Positions 1 to 13,300 of a DNA stretch of 64,000 nt are shown in pieces (within the stretch, counting starts at the first letter, position 1; the number at the start of each line of letters is the position of its first letter). This stretch comes from the human T2T-CHM13v2.0 reference genome, Homo sapiens: assembly GCF_009914755.1 (NCBI RefSeq), contig NC_060929.1; one strand, given 5' to 3'. The notes under the pieces are model-generated. The model was not told where the DNA came from. It worked only from the letters and a program-made list of their open reading frames with translations, and did not search any database. The translations under genes were made by a program, and so were the position numbers.

Positions 1-35
1 TGAACAGTGCTGCAATGAACATATGCTTGCATCTT

Positions 36-282
36 TCTTTTTTTAATTTTACATTAGGTTCTAGGGTACATGTGCACAACGTGCAGGTTTGTTACATATG
101 TATACATGTGCCATGTTGGTTTGCTGCACCCATTAACTCATCATTTACAGTAGGTATTTATCCTAATGCTATCCCTCCCCCATTCCCCACCCCATGACAG
201 GCCCTGGTGTGTGATATTCCCCGCCCTGTGTCCAAGTGTTCTCATTGTTCAATTTCCACTTATGAGTGAGAACACGTGGTGT
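36..282 (-). mobile_element. 5'-truncated L1PA 3' end (about L1PA5-7), nested in or next to an older L1 fragment (1-35)
   Basis: Poly(T) then 'gggtacatgtgcacaacgtgcaggtttgttacatatgtatacatgtgccatgttgg...gagtgagaaca', the reverse complement of the L1PA 3'UTR. Confidence 0.93.
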
Positions 283-639
283 AATGGGATAACCGTCTCC
301 ACTTCCCCACTTATACTACCCTTCCTTAGCATCCTTAATGCTTTTTTGTTACAAGTAAATTTTTTCCCGTTTTAATGTCATGAAAATTTAGCCTTGCATT
401 TTCTATAAGTTCTTTTTTTTAATTCTAGGTGTATGGTTTGTGTCAGAGGATAGGTTTATTTTGTATATATAAATATATATACCAAAAACTTGTTTTATCA
501 GCAATTTGTTGGAAACACTTATCCATTGAATTGTATTGGTTCATATATAAATTTGAGGACAAATTATGTAATAAGGAATCTTCCTACCATTATTATTCCA
601 TACTTTGTATTTATTTAAATATTTTAAAAATTTCTCTCC

Positions 640-1125
640 ACGGTATTTTTTGAGTTTGTTTGCTAATATTTTGTTATGAAACTATGTGTCAATATGCTGT
701 GGCTTTCATTTTTAAAATATATACGTATGGTTTTGGTGCTGCAGTACTTAATGCCTCACGTAATGAATTTAGAACTCTTTCTTCTTTTATGAATCACTGA
801 GAATATTTGTGAAAGATGGGCATTATTACCTTCTCAAATGTTTGGTAGAGTTCACTAGGGAAGCTTTACAGGCCTGGAATATATTTTGAAATAAAGGCTT
901 AATAAAAGTTCAATAATAGATAGAGAGCTATTCAAATTTTTCATTTCTTCTATTCTCAGTTTTGGCAAGTTGTGATTTTAGGACATTTGTCCACTTTTGT
1001 TATCTGCTTTTGTTTTGCCACAAAGTTGTTTATAATATTTTCTCATTATCCTATTAATATTGGAATTATCCGCAGTGATGCTCCATTTTTCAATCCTGAC
1101 ATCAGTAGATTTTGCTCTCCTCTTT
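640..1125 (-). mobile_element. Old L1M ORF2 fragment
   Basis: Degenerate antisense ORF2 motifs 'tttgctaatattttgtt', 'tttggtagagttcacta', 'tcagttttggcaagttgtg'. Confidence 0.65.
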
Positions 1126-1184
1126 TTTCTCTCTCTCACTCTCTCTTTCTTCCTCACTCTCTCTCTCTCTGTCCCTCTCTTTCA
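1122..1184. repeat. CT-rich simple repeat
   Basis: (CT)n/ctctcactct runs. Confidence 0.8.
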
Positions 1185-2033
1185 TAGGTAAAAACCTAAA
1201 TAATTGGACAAGTACTTCCTTTATTCCAATTTATTCCAATTAGTTAACATAAAAGAATCCTTCATTTTCACTCTTTCTTATTTCCTCCTCTATCATTTTA
1301 CAAAGAGTTCCACTGCTCAGCTACCAATCCTTCATCTATGCTTTCTTCTCGAGAATATTAGGCCTTTAATTACATCATGACTTCTGTAGGCTCACACAAT
1401 TCTTCATCATTCAGATCTTTTGCAACATTTAAATACACTCAACACACTTGAATCTCAAAAATCATCAATTCCTCACAGATACCTCTCTTTTCTTTACTCC
1501 CACATACCATTACTACTGTCATCCTATAACTCAACTCTTTTACCCTGAACAATCAAACTTCTTGGATTTATATTGAGTTGAGAAAAATATATTTATTAAT
1601 GGAATACAAATAGCCAAATGTCACAAAGGAAATGAAAATGTTATGTTTAAACATATTTTTACTAGGAATCAATATTATTGACAGAAATGGAGCCATATTG
1701 GCTTGGTTTTAAAAATGTGTTAGTCCTATATTCAGAATAGAAGAAATTAAAAAAATTAAAAACACTACATGGATAAAATAAGATGCATTTTTCTAATATA
1801 ATTTTCTAGCTTATGGAAGCCACCTTAGACCTATGATAAAAGGAAAAGCTGATGTACTTGTTCCTAAATGATATCAAATACAGAACAAAGAATTAGATGG
1901 TATAACTAGTGTCAATATATCTGGAGGGATGATTAGGGTCTATGAAGTTCCAATAAAGGAGTCAGAAAGAAAATTGGTTAAAGCAATTTAAAATGATTAC
2001 CCCCAAAGACGACACTTAAAAGCTTTTAGAAAG

Positions 2034-2179
2034 AGCCAAGTGCAGTGACTCACGCTTGTAATCCCAGCAATTTGGGAGGCTGAGGTGGGTGGATTGCTTG
2101 AGGCCAGGAGTTTGAGACCAGCCTGGCCAATGTGGCAAAACTTCGTTTCTATAAAAAACAAAACAAAACAAGAAAAAAA
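2034..2179 (+). mobile_element. Alu monomer (FLAM_C/AluJ left arm) with A-tail and TSD
   Basis: 'tgtaatcccagcaatttgggaggctgagg...gagtttgagaccagcctggcc' then A-rich tail; TSD cttttagaaaga at 2023-2034 and 2181-2192. Confidence 0.92.
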
Positions 2180-4989
2180 TCTTTTAGAAAGATTTGAGAG
2201 AATGAAATGAAGATCAGTGTTGAGCATTTTAGGTATCATGACAGCATTATGATTAAGTTAGAAACAAATACAAAATAAACACAAAGGCATTGTGGGCCCC
2301 AAACAGAGTTTTCATATATCCTGAGGAAGAATTTAAATTAACATCTGGGGTAACAGGTGGGAGGAAAAGAATTGGAGAATAAGCCGTTGTCAAGTTTTGG
2401 GCTAAGTGTTGAACATATAGAAACATGCATCCCAGGCAGAAAGACACTGGAAATGGTATTGAAAAGTGGATAGTTTTCAGTAGACTCCCTGGTATATCTC
2501 ACTATGGCAATATAAGGTAAGTAGCTTGATATACCTGGAAATAGGATGTTAGAATAATAAAGAATTTAAGGGAATACATTCTCCTTGGAAATGTGCTCGT
2601 AAATGTGTGACGTGCTGACACAAGTGGAAGATATGTCATTAGACAGACCTGCACTCAATTCAGCTCTGAAATGACAGAAGCTAAGCTTTCAAGTGGTTAA
2701 CAGAAATCAGGAGATTTCATCAGACATTCTCCAAGGGAAGAAAAGAGACGACTGAAGTAATGCCTGAACACTGGCACACTTACCGTGCATCGAAATCATT
2801 TGGGTATAGGCATGTCTTCAATGTCACTTGAAGAAAGAGAATTATTCAGATAGATAGTGGGAGATTACTCTTAGCTTCATTTATTTTGCCGGTTTGTAGA
2901 TTCTTGGCTAATACTGCTGAAGTGAATAACAAGCAGACTTTTTTTTTTTTCCTTTTTACCTGTATTTTCTCTGTTTGCTCACCTTCCTCTAGACATAAAT
3001 AAGTTGTTTTAATACACATGACAATTTAGGAATAGAGATCTGTATTGAAATCTTTAGTGGGTTCCAGAAACATCATTTTCATTCAGACAATTACTTCAGA
3101 GGCTGATGTTTTGCTGGTGGTTTTAAAAATTTTGCTTAAATGGGTTCAGTGTCATGGTAATCTTACATATTCTAATGAAAAATGTTTCTTAAAAACAGTA
3201 GGTATGTGGCAGACTGCAGAGTGAATTAATTTAGCTGGAGAAGTGCTAAAAGAATTTTACAGCTGCCAGGAGGAGAACATGAAGATATAACTAATGAAAT
3301 TGCTTGGCTCCACCTATATTACATGAAAGTTTGTGGCTGAGATTGAAGAAAAGCCAAAGTTAAAAGGGTGGAATACTGGACTTAATTATTTTAATTATTA
3401 TTACCAACTTAAATTTTTTCCTAGTAATCTGACAAAAAGCTCATTTGATAATATAATTTGCATACTTAATATTGCCATTTGAATTGATTGTACAAAATCT
3501 ACTTTAAAAAATTGGATAATATCACCAAAGTTTAACTAAGAAATAGAGTAGAAATAGAATTGTTGGCCTAGGCTAAAAAGTGGCCTTAATATTTCTTTAA
3601 TGATTATTCTATTTTCAGTCATTTATTATCTTTAAGTAAGACATGTTTTACAGTCCTAGGAAGAGGTAGTGGTTGCTATTGGACTCCTGACCTCAGGAAA
3701 GCAGAGTAAGTCTATGCTGGTAAAGTCTTGGTCTCTTCCTCATGAGGCAAACAAACACACACATTGTTGACGACAGCCTTAGTTATTCACCTGAACAGGT
3801 TTTGAATAAAAATTTATGGAGAAACATTATCTCATTGCTCCTAATATTTTAAGGATGAAAGAGCGCAATAATAAAGCATTATGAAAAATCCACCCTAACT
3901 CTGCATTATATTTTTCTCAAAAGAAAGACTGTGATTAATTCTGTTGATACAATTATAGGAAGTCTGAAAATCATTTGGCCGCATTGTGTATAGAAAAGGA
4001 GAATTTACATTTCAACCTCTCATGCTTTGGATCTATGTATCTTTTGGCTTTTTGGACCAGCTAAGCATATCCTAATTTATCTCCATTCTGTTGCAAATGT
4101 TTTTACAATGTTTTACATGGCTGCCCCCATGAGCTTGGAATAATTATTGATAGTTATACACATATTTCCAATTGCAGTTACATTGATACAATACATAGTT
4201 CATGGAAAAAATGAAGGAAGATAGGAAGAAAGGATGCATGAGTAGTATGTGATTCTTATAAGAATATTAGGAAATGAACATTATTTCCCCTTTTTCCTAA
4301 AATATGCAGAAAGATTTTTCAATTGGCCTATGACTAAACACAGTAATGATGAAACTAACAAGATCTTAGATATTCTGATTGTTAATATGGCATCAATCCA
4401 ATTATACAGGTTACTTTACTTTTCATAATTTCCTGTCATAGTTTAATAAATTATTTTTTATAAATTATAATGCAAAATTGATATATTTCTTTAGTGATTG
4501 AGAGTCTTCTCAATATACTTTCGACATATTATAAAGTACCCAGTCTTAATCATGTCTTGCCTTCAGGTCTTTTTTCTTTTCTTGCAAAAATACCAATATA
4601 AGCTAAAACCATAACTAATAGGATAGTAATGTAATTTAAAATATGATACAAAACATGCACTCTCCTATTTATCTCTAGAGATTGCTACATAAACAAATTC
4701 AGCAGAGTTTTTCATTTCATTTTTTATAACAAATGATGATGTGTGACAATATAGAAAGCAGTCTTAACTAGATTTACACATTTCAAATTGAACTAGTTTT
4801 AATTTCATATCTAAAAAGGGTTTCAAATGGACATCATTTACAAGAATTACTGGGTTAATATTCTCAGAGATTTAATTGTAATGGATTATTACCTAGCTAT
4901 GATTTATCATAATGTGGAAAAATAGATTAATTCATATGGTTTCTAAAAAGACTCAATATTATGATTAAAAGCAGTGACCTCATTTTTTA

Positions 4990-5330
4990 TTAGTTTGATA
5001 CTGCCTGGGAAGAATTCCTCACCTTATATGTTTGAGCTAGAAACGCAGTAGCTACTGCAGCATTTTCTGAGGGCCACAATGGTCACTGTGCCAGAGGCTA
5101 TGTCCAGTGTCTGTTGATGATTGTGTGTGGGATATTGGCTAGATCACCTTCTCTCTGGAAGATTCTGTGTAGTGATCAGAGCAGAAGACGTGGCTACTTA
5201 GCCTCTCTGGATAAATGCTTATTTATCAGAGTGGTTCTCCAGCCATTTCAGTTATTCAATGAGCTCCTTGTACCTTTTATCACGAAATCCCTTTCCTGTT
5301 TAATTCAAGCACAGCTGGGTTTTTGGAACA
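4990..5330 (+). mobile_element. Possible old ERVL-class LTR remnant (LTR33-like)
   Basis: End resembles ERVL LTR U5: 'aaatccctttcctgtttaattcaagcacagctgggtttttg'; highly diverged. Confidence 0.35.
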
Positions 5331-5776
5331 GTGTATTATTTCCTAGGGCTGCCACCACAAATTGTTACACACTAGGTAGCTTAATATGACAAATTTATTA
5401 TCTCAGAGTTCTGAAAACCATAAGTCCCCAAATCAAGGTTTTGGTGGGGCTGTGCTCCCTCTGAAGGCTCTAGGGGAGGATTCTGCCTACCTCTCCCAGC
5501 TCGCGGTGGCTCCCGGCACTCCTCACTTCCCTGGCTGCATCCCTCAAAACTCTGCAGTCACGCTGCCTCCTCCTCTTCATTGTCTGTGTCTTCTTTCTCT
5601 TGTAAGGGGAGTTGTCATTGGATTGAGGGTTTACTCAAATAATACAAAAGATCTCATTTTAAGACCCTTAATTGCATTTACAAAGACCATTTTCTCATAG
5701 AAATTCACACTCACAGTTTTCCAAGGGCCAGGATGTGGACATATATTTTTGGGGGGCCACCCCTTGACCCACTCCA
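5331..5776 (-). mobile_element. MaLR solo LTR, MLT1C-like
   Basis: 'gtattatttcctagggctgcc...ctctgaaggctctaggggaggattc...gtcattggattgagg...aaagaccattttc'; homologous in reverse to 60833-61289. Confidence 0.88.
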
Positions 5777-6849
5777 GAAGTGTCCGTGGATTGACACTTT
5801 ACAGAATTCTCATTTTATTTAATCTAGTTTGTATCGTCATTGAAAAGTTGTATCTTGTTTCTGAGCTAAAACACCCTCTAGTCCACCTTTTCACAGTCTA
5901 AATTCAGGAATAAAGGGTAATAAATATTAAGGAAACACTCGTCTTCAAAATAGCTGACTCCCTCAGCCCATCATCTGTCAGTCTACTTTAAGCACTGCCT
6001 GATAGACATGAGTAGGCTCACGTCACGTTGGGGGTTTTACAAGAACATTAACTATCTTGTACTAGAAATGGGCTAATCAGCTGTCACCTGTATGGCAGTT
6101 CAGACAAGTGCAAGTACTTCCTTTGAGTTATGATCTTGTAAAAATGAGAGTTTATAACTGAAAAGCTGGTCACTGTGACATGCAATTCTGAAAGACTGTT
6201 TAACATTTCTGGAGACAACATAGTTTGTAAATAAGGGGCATTTATTACTACAGACAGCCTCGGGGTACACATTCATTATCCACTGACAAGTACAGATACA
6301 AACGCAAAGGCTTAATTCATTAGCATGTAGGTAACATGTTATATTTAAAATTAGGGTAAATGGAAATATATTTCATAAAGATACAATGATTTAATTAATT
6401 CAATTACTTTTTAACTTAGAATATGATTTTAGATAGAAAAAGTCTGCAGATGTGTAACTTGCTTTCCATAGTCAAAGATTTTAAATTGTTTGGCTTACTT
6501 CAAAAGAGAGGTACTTATGTCAATCAGCACTGATTTAGATTGATGTATTTATAGCTTAATAAATGTTCACACTTTTTAAAAATAAATTTCTAACATGAAA
6601 AATCCTATATGGTATAGTAAACCCAAATTTTGTTGGAGTAGATTTTTTTTCTCTAGCTCATTTAATGTCACATTGTTTGACATTACAAAAAGTTCCTGAA
6701 TGATTTGTGTGTTTTAAAGAAACTATTAACATCATTCCTTTTCTACTCAGTTTTCATACACTCAGTATTTATTTTCAACTGATGTAAAAATTTGAAATCA
6801 TTTATGAATATAAAAATATTACATATTATAATTATAGCTTTACATATGT

Positions 6850-7800
6850 TTTTTCAATCAATCAATCAATAAGTACTTTTTCATAGCTAAATTAGAGAGT
6901 GGCATCCTTTGAAGTGCTGTGAAAACTGAACAGAATTAAAAAGAAAACATCCCTGCCCTCAAGTAGCTTACATTCTGGAACGGAGAGACATATGCTAAAC
7001 CCAAAACTTTAAAATATATAATATGTTACATAGTTATAAGTACTAGGATGAAATGGAAAAAGGCAACAGAAAGGGCAGTAGGTGTGGAGGATAATTTTAA
7101 ATTTAAATAACTCAGAGTGCACTGGCATAACTGAGAAGGTTCTTCTGAGCAAAGACTTGAGAGAAGTGAAATATTCATTATATACAGATATCTGAGGAAG
7201 GCTTCTCCAGGCAAGGGGACTTGCAGTGCAAAGACCCTGAAAAACACAGTACTGCTTAGAAGTCAGTGGAAAGAAATGAGGGACAACAATGGCTGGAATT
7301 AGATGAGGGAATGATAGGAGAGGTAAGATTACACTAGAAAGGGGAAGGACAGGGATTACTACAATAATAGGGACTTCACTCTGAGTAAACTGGAAGGTCA
7401 CTACACATTCTGAACTGACAGAACCAATGTATATTTTATAGAATTATTCAAGCTGCGTAGGCAGTGGATGAGGTTAAGGGTGGTGGAGTTAAAACAGGAA
7501 GACAGTGACAAAGTTATTTCAATTTTTCAAGTAAGAAATAGTGGCAACATTGAATAGGGTAGTGACGACTGGCTGATTAGAAGTGGCTGAATTTCTGAAC
7601 ATATTTTGAAAGTATTATGTTGCCAAGAAATTTAACTGGAAGACAGATTGTGAGGTTTGAAGAGAAAAAAATGAGGCCAAAGTGACTCATATAGTTGAGC
7701 CAAGCAACTGAAAGGCTGTTACTATTTATCAATAATGGAACGCCTATAGAAGAACCAAGTGTAAGGAGTAAGGTTATGTGCTCAGTTTAGAAATAAAAGG
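6850..7800 (-). mobile_element. L2 (L2a-like) LINE fragment
   Basis: 'catccctgccctcaagtagcttacattctgg', 'tgagcaaagacttgag', 'caggcaaggggacttgcagtgcaaagaccctga' typical of antisense L2. Confidence 0.82.
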
Positions 7801-7845
7801 TGTGTATATATCCTTTGCATCTGCCTTAACAGCACCTATATCTCT

Positions 7846-8830
7846 TTTTTTTCCTATATTTTATTTTATTTTAAGTTCTGGGATACATGTGCAGGCCGTG
7901 CAAGTTTGTCACATAGGTAAATGTGTGCCATGGTGGTTTGCTGCACCCATCAACCCATCACCTAGGTATTAAGCCTTGCATGCATTGGCTATTTATCCTG
8001 AGCTTTCCCTCACCCTGCACCCACAACAGGCCCTGGTGCGTGTTGTTCCCCTCCCAGTGTTCATGTGTTCCCATTGTTGAGCTCCTACTTATAAGTGAGA
8101 ACATGTAGTATTTGGTTGTCTGTTTCTGTGTTAGTTTGCTGAGGATAATGGTTTCCAGCTCCATCCATGTCCCTGCAAAGGAGATTATCTCATTCCTTTT
8201 TATGGCTGCAGAGTATTCTGTGCCACATTTTCTTTATCTAGTCTATCATTGATGGGCATTTGGGTTGATTCCATGTCTTTGCTATTGTGAAGAATGCAGC
8301 AATATACGTACGCATGCATGTATCTTTATAATAGAATGATTTATATTCCTTTGGGTGTATACCCAGTAATGGGATTGCTGGGTTAAATGGTATTTCTGCT
8401 TCTAGATTCTTAAGGAATCACCACACTGTCTTCCACAATGGTTGAACTAATTTACACTTCCACTAACAGTGGAAAAGTGTTCCTATTTCTCCACAGCCTC
8501 GACAACATCTGCTGTTTCTTGACTTTTTAATAATTGCCATTCTGGCTGGTGTGAGATGATATCTCATTGTGGTTTTGATTTGCATTTCCCTAATGATCAG
8601 TGATGTTGAGCTTTTTTTCATGTTTGTTGGTTGCATAAATGCCTTCTTTTAAAAGTGTCTGTTTGTGTCCTTTGCCTGATTTTTGATGGGGTTGTTTGGT
8701 TTATTTTTGGAAATTCGTTTATGTTCCTTGTAGATTCTGGATATTAGACCTTTGTTGGATGGATAGATTGCAAAAATTTTCTCCCATTCCATAGGTTTTC
8801 TGTTCATTCTGATGATAGATTCTTTCGCTG
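7846..8830 (-). mobile_element. 5'-truncated L1PA (about L1PA8), about 1 kb, with TSD
   Basis: L1 3'UTR and ORF2 end in antisense; TSD aacagcacctatatctct (7828-7845) / aacagcacctgtgtctct (8831-8848). Confidence 0.95.
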
Positions 8831-9434
8831 AACAGCACCTGTGTCTCTACTTCTACATCTGTGTGTAAGTGTTTCTACATATATGCAACTGTATCTCCAA
8901 CTCTTATCACAATATCTGGAATTAGTAGACAACCTGTAAATATTTGTTGAATAAATGTTGAGTACATACACATCACATGCAATTTGGTTGATATTACAGG
9001 TAGTGTGAAACAACATAGCATCCAAATTTAAAATTAGATGTAAAATATGTCCTATATTCTTTCAGAAACATAATTTTAATGGTTGTCAATATATATGTAC
9101 AAATATTCTAAGTAATTGACAAAGCATTTAATTGGTATCTACTGAGATAGGATATCTGCATCCCAGGTCATTTTTCTTATTAAGTGAATGAACTAAATAA
9201 AATTATTTAATCTTTTTAAGATACAACTTTCTTATTTCTGAAATGTGATACTGTCACATTTTTCTGAGATTAGAATATGTATATAATAAACATCTGAACA
9301 CAGCAGGCAACAAATGAATTACAGATGTTATTAAAATGTGTATCATTTGAAGTATGTTAAAATTACATTAATTCAATAAAACTTGTGGAATTGCTGGGTC
9401 AGTAATATATGTATTAATCTGGGGAAAAACAAAT

Positions 9435-9640
9435 ATAAAATATAGTAGAAAAATGTATACTGTAGAAATAATGTATATTAAAAACATAAAGTCAACTGTA
9501 GTATATGTATATGTAGCATAGTATATAATGCGTGTATATATAGAGTGTTTTATGTATATGTTACAATGTATATAGTATATATATAGCATAGTATATACAG
9601 TATATGAAAACAGTGTGTATATAGTAGAAAAATGTATATT
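9435..9640. repeat. AT-rich low-complexity (TA/TG) tract
   Basis: Degenerate tatata/gtata repeats; 'tatagtagaaaaatgtata' occurs twice. Confidence 0.75.
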
Positions 9641-10356
9641 GAATTGAAAATACTTGATCTTAATTAGTTACAAAATTGCCTAAAAACAATGCAATTGTGG
9701 GACAAACAAATCATATGCTATTACAGACCATGTTCCAGACTTCAATTATAAGACACTGAAACCTACCTCAAATTTGTCCCTGTTTGTAGGGGGTATGAAT
9801 CATAAATGAATAAAAATTGTATAGAAACAATATGCCAACTATTTAGCAATTAAATAGAATATGTCTCGGTTACCTTGCAATGTAAAGATGAAAATACTTT
9901 GTATTAGATTATTCCATATATGATTTGATTAAATCATTCTAACAACACTTGCTCTAGTTGGTCTGAACTTGTTTAATTTTGTATTAAAGCAAATGCTGCA
10001 GAATAAAGTTCAAATGCGGGCCTTGAAAGCAGTTTCTCTGTGTAGACATTTAACTTATTTTTGTGATAATTTTTAACTAAATTATTTTTTAAAGCTTCAC
10101 TATAACCTGTTCAGGCAATCATCTCTAATGGAATGACATCAATATTAAAAGGTCAATACTTTTAATGCATTAAATTACAGGTACCAGAAAGTCAAAACAT
10201 AAATCACTATATATAATATATATATATATCAATATATCTCTATCTATTTCTACATATATATTTTTTCCTGACTACTTAGTATACTTGACCATTTGTGAAT
10301 CATATATCTTTATTAAATATAATCTAGGTACTTGAACTTATTTTAAATATAATTAG

Positions 10357-13300
10357 AAGAGTGATGTCAGCAACATGACTGATAAGAGGTGTCTGGCTCT
10401 TTTCCTTCCACCAAAAAACAAATAAATTTTAAAAACCACCATTGAATAAACAACTACATTTCAACTAGATTGTCTGAAAGAAAGTCCTAGAGGACAAGGG
10501 AGTGTTGACCCTGTGAGTCAAGAAAAGCCAGGATGGCGGCATAAAGAGGAGGGGAAAGAATCCTGCCTCCGCCACTTTATCTTCCCTGCTGGGAGGGGCT
10601 CAGGGCCAGGAGGAGCTTCTCCTGCAGAAGAGTATAGGCATCAGGCCCCTAGAATTCCCCATTGCTGTGGCAGACATCTGCATCCCTTGCTACAGGAGAA
10701 TCCCATAGGCGCTGAGCTCAGTTTAGTGAGCTGGCTGCAGTTCACAGGGCTACATTGCTACAGGGTAGGAGCCCACATCTTGCACTCTGCACCACCGTGA
10801 CCCAAACTGCTATGGCATGGCCTTATTTTGAAACTGAAACCACTGATAGAATGCAGCCTGCTATGAGGGCCAAAAGCCACTGCAGCTCTCCATCCTCAAG
10901 GCTCCACTGTTATTCTACCAGACTCATGCATGTGAATGAAGAACCACGAATGCAGATGTTCTGAGCCTAGGCCTAGCTGAACTGCAGTGATTCTGGCAAC
11001 AGAGCCCACATGGCACCTTACCTCCCCAAAGAAGGCAGTCTTGCACAGCAGGGAAGTTGACCCCGGACAGGAAACTCATCATATGCATGTACATTCAGCC
11101 TAAAAACCAGCAGGAAGACCCTGCCTCCAGCAAGGCAGCACTGCTGCAGACACAAAATCCTGCAACTTAGACCACTAAGGCACTCCCAGGCATTGCTTAT
11201 CTGGATTACAGCTGAAGAAATTAAAAGTAGGCTTAAAAAAAAGTAAAATGGACAAATCGGTAGTTATATTAACTAGGAGAAAAAGAGATAAGACTCAAAC
11301 AAATAAAATCAGAGATAAAAGGAGAAATTACAACCAATATCATAGGACAAAGGATCATGAGAGACAATTGTGAAGTTATACCCAAAAAATGGAATAACCT
11401 AGAAGAAACAGATGAATTCCTGCACACATACAATCTGTCAAAATTGAATTATGAAGAAATAGAAAATCTGAACAGACCAATAACAAGTAAGGAATTTGAA
11501 TCAATAGTAAAATTTCTCCTATAAAAGAAAAGCCCAGCTACTGAGGACTTCACTGTTGAATTCTACCTAAACTTTAAAGAACAATTCAGACCAATTCTTC
11601 TGAAACTATTCCAGAAAATTGAAGAATAAGTAATATTTCCAAAAATTCTACAAGGCTGTCTTCCCCTGATACCAAAACCACATAAGGACCCAAATACAAC
11701 AAAAAGAAAACCACAAGTTGATATCCCTGATAAGCATACATGTAAAAATTCTCAAAATATCACCAAACAGAATTCAATAGCACATTAGGAAGATCTTTCA
11801 CAGTGGTCAGCTGGGGTTTATCACAGGGATGAAAGGATGGATTAAAATATATATATTAATAAATGTTATACATCACATTAGCAGAAAGATGAGGGAAACC
11901 ATATCATCACGTCCATAGAGGCAGAAAAAGCATTTCACAGAACTCTGTATCCTTTCATGACAAAAACTATCAACAAATTAGGTAAAAACAGTACTTACCT
12001 CAACACAATAAAGGCCAGCTAGCATTATGCTAAATGACAAAAAGCTGAAACCGTTTTTGCTAAGAACTGGAACAAGACAGGGATACCCACTCTCACCAAC
12101 TGTATTTAGCACAGTACTGGAAGTCGTAGCCAGAGAAATTAAACAATAAAAAAAAATGAAAGATGGGCAAATTGGAAAAGAGGAAGACAAATAGCCCCTG
12201 TTTGCAGATGAGATGATCTCATATACAGAACACACTAAAGACTCCACCAAAACAGAACTAATAAACAAATTCAGTGAAGTTATAGAATGCAACAACAAGA
12301 TATAAAAATTAGTAACATTTCTATATGCTAATAGCGAAATATTTAAAAAGAAAGCAATAAGCAATATAATTCACAATAGCTACTAAAAAAAAAAAACCTT
12401 GATGTAGATTTAACCAAGGAGGTAAAAGATGACTACAATGAAAACTATAAAACATTGATAAAAGTAATTGAAGAAAATATAGATAAATGGAAAGATATTC
12501 TGTATTCATGGATCAGAATTACATTGTTAAAATGTCCATACTACCCAAAGCAATCTACAAATTCAATACAATCTCCGTGAAAATATCAATGATATTCTTC
12601 ACAGACACACAGAAAACAATCATAAAAATAGAAAGCAAAATCTTAATACGGAATCACAAAAGACACTGAATAGCCAAAGCAATTTTGAAAAAAAAAAAAA
12701 AGAGAGAGAGAGAGAAGACAAAGCTGGAGATATCCCTTTACCTAGCCAACAAAAGTTGGAGACATCATGCTACCAAAACAGCATGGTATTAGTGTCAAAA
12801 CGGAAACAGACCAACAGGACACAATAGAGGGCTCAGAAATAAATCCATGCATCTACAGCCAACAGATTTTCAACAAAAATGTCAATAACACACATTGGCA
12901 AAAGGACAGTATCTTCAGTAAATGGTGTTCAGAAAATTAGGTATCTGTATGCAGAAGAATAAAAGTTAACCCCTATTTTTAACCATATACAAAGTTCAAC
13001 TCTAAATTGATTTAATATTCTATTTAAGACCCAAAGCTATGAAACTGCTAGAAGAAAACATAGGGGAAATGCTTCACAACACTGAACTGGGTAAGAACTT
13101 TTTGTATAAATACTCAAAAGCACAGAGAACAAAGGCATAAATAAACAAATGAGATTACATGAAACTAGAAAGCTTATTCACAACAAAGGAAACAAGCAAC
13201 AGAGTGAAGAGAGAACCTCCAGAATGAGAAAAATATTAGTAAGTTATACATCTGATGTGGACTGGATATTCAGAATACATAACGAACACAAACAAGTAAA

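Noticed and set aside
2512-2523. Consensus donor AAG|GTAAGT (a similar TAG|GTAAGT at about 27533)
   Set aside because: Isolated motifs are expected by chance in 64 kb; no convincing paired acceptor or ORF.
7009-7401. 130-aa hydrophobic ORF on the minus strand
   Set aside because: Lies within an L2 relic; no recognisable domain.
10513-10964. ORFs in a GC-richer patch, possible host exon or promoter
   Set aside because: The patch is the L1MA 5'UTR and is CpG-depleted.
11978-12364. 128-aa membrane-like ORF
   Set aside because: Antisense frame of L1 ORF2, a common artefact.
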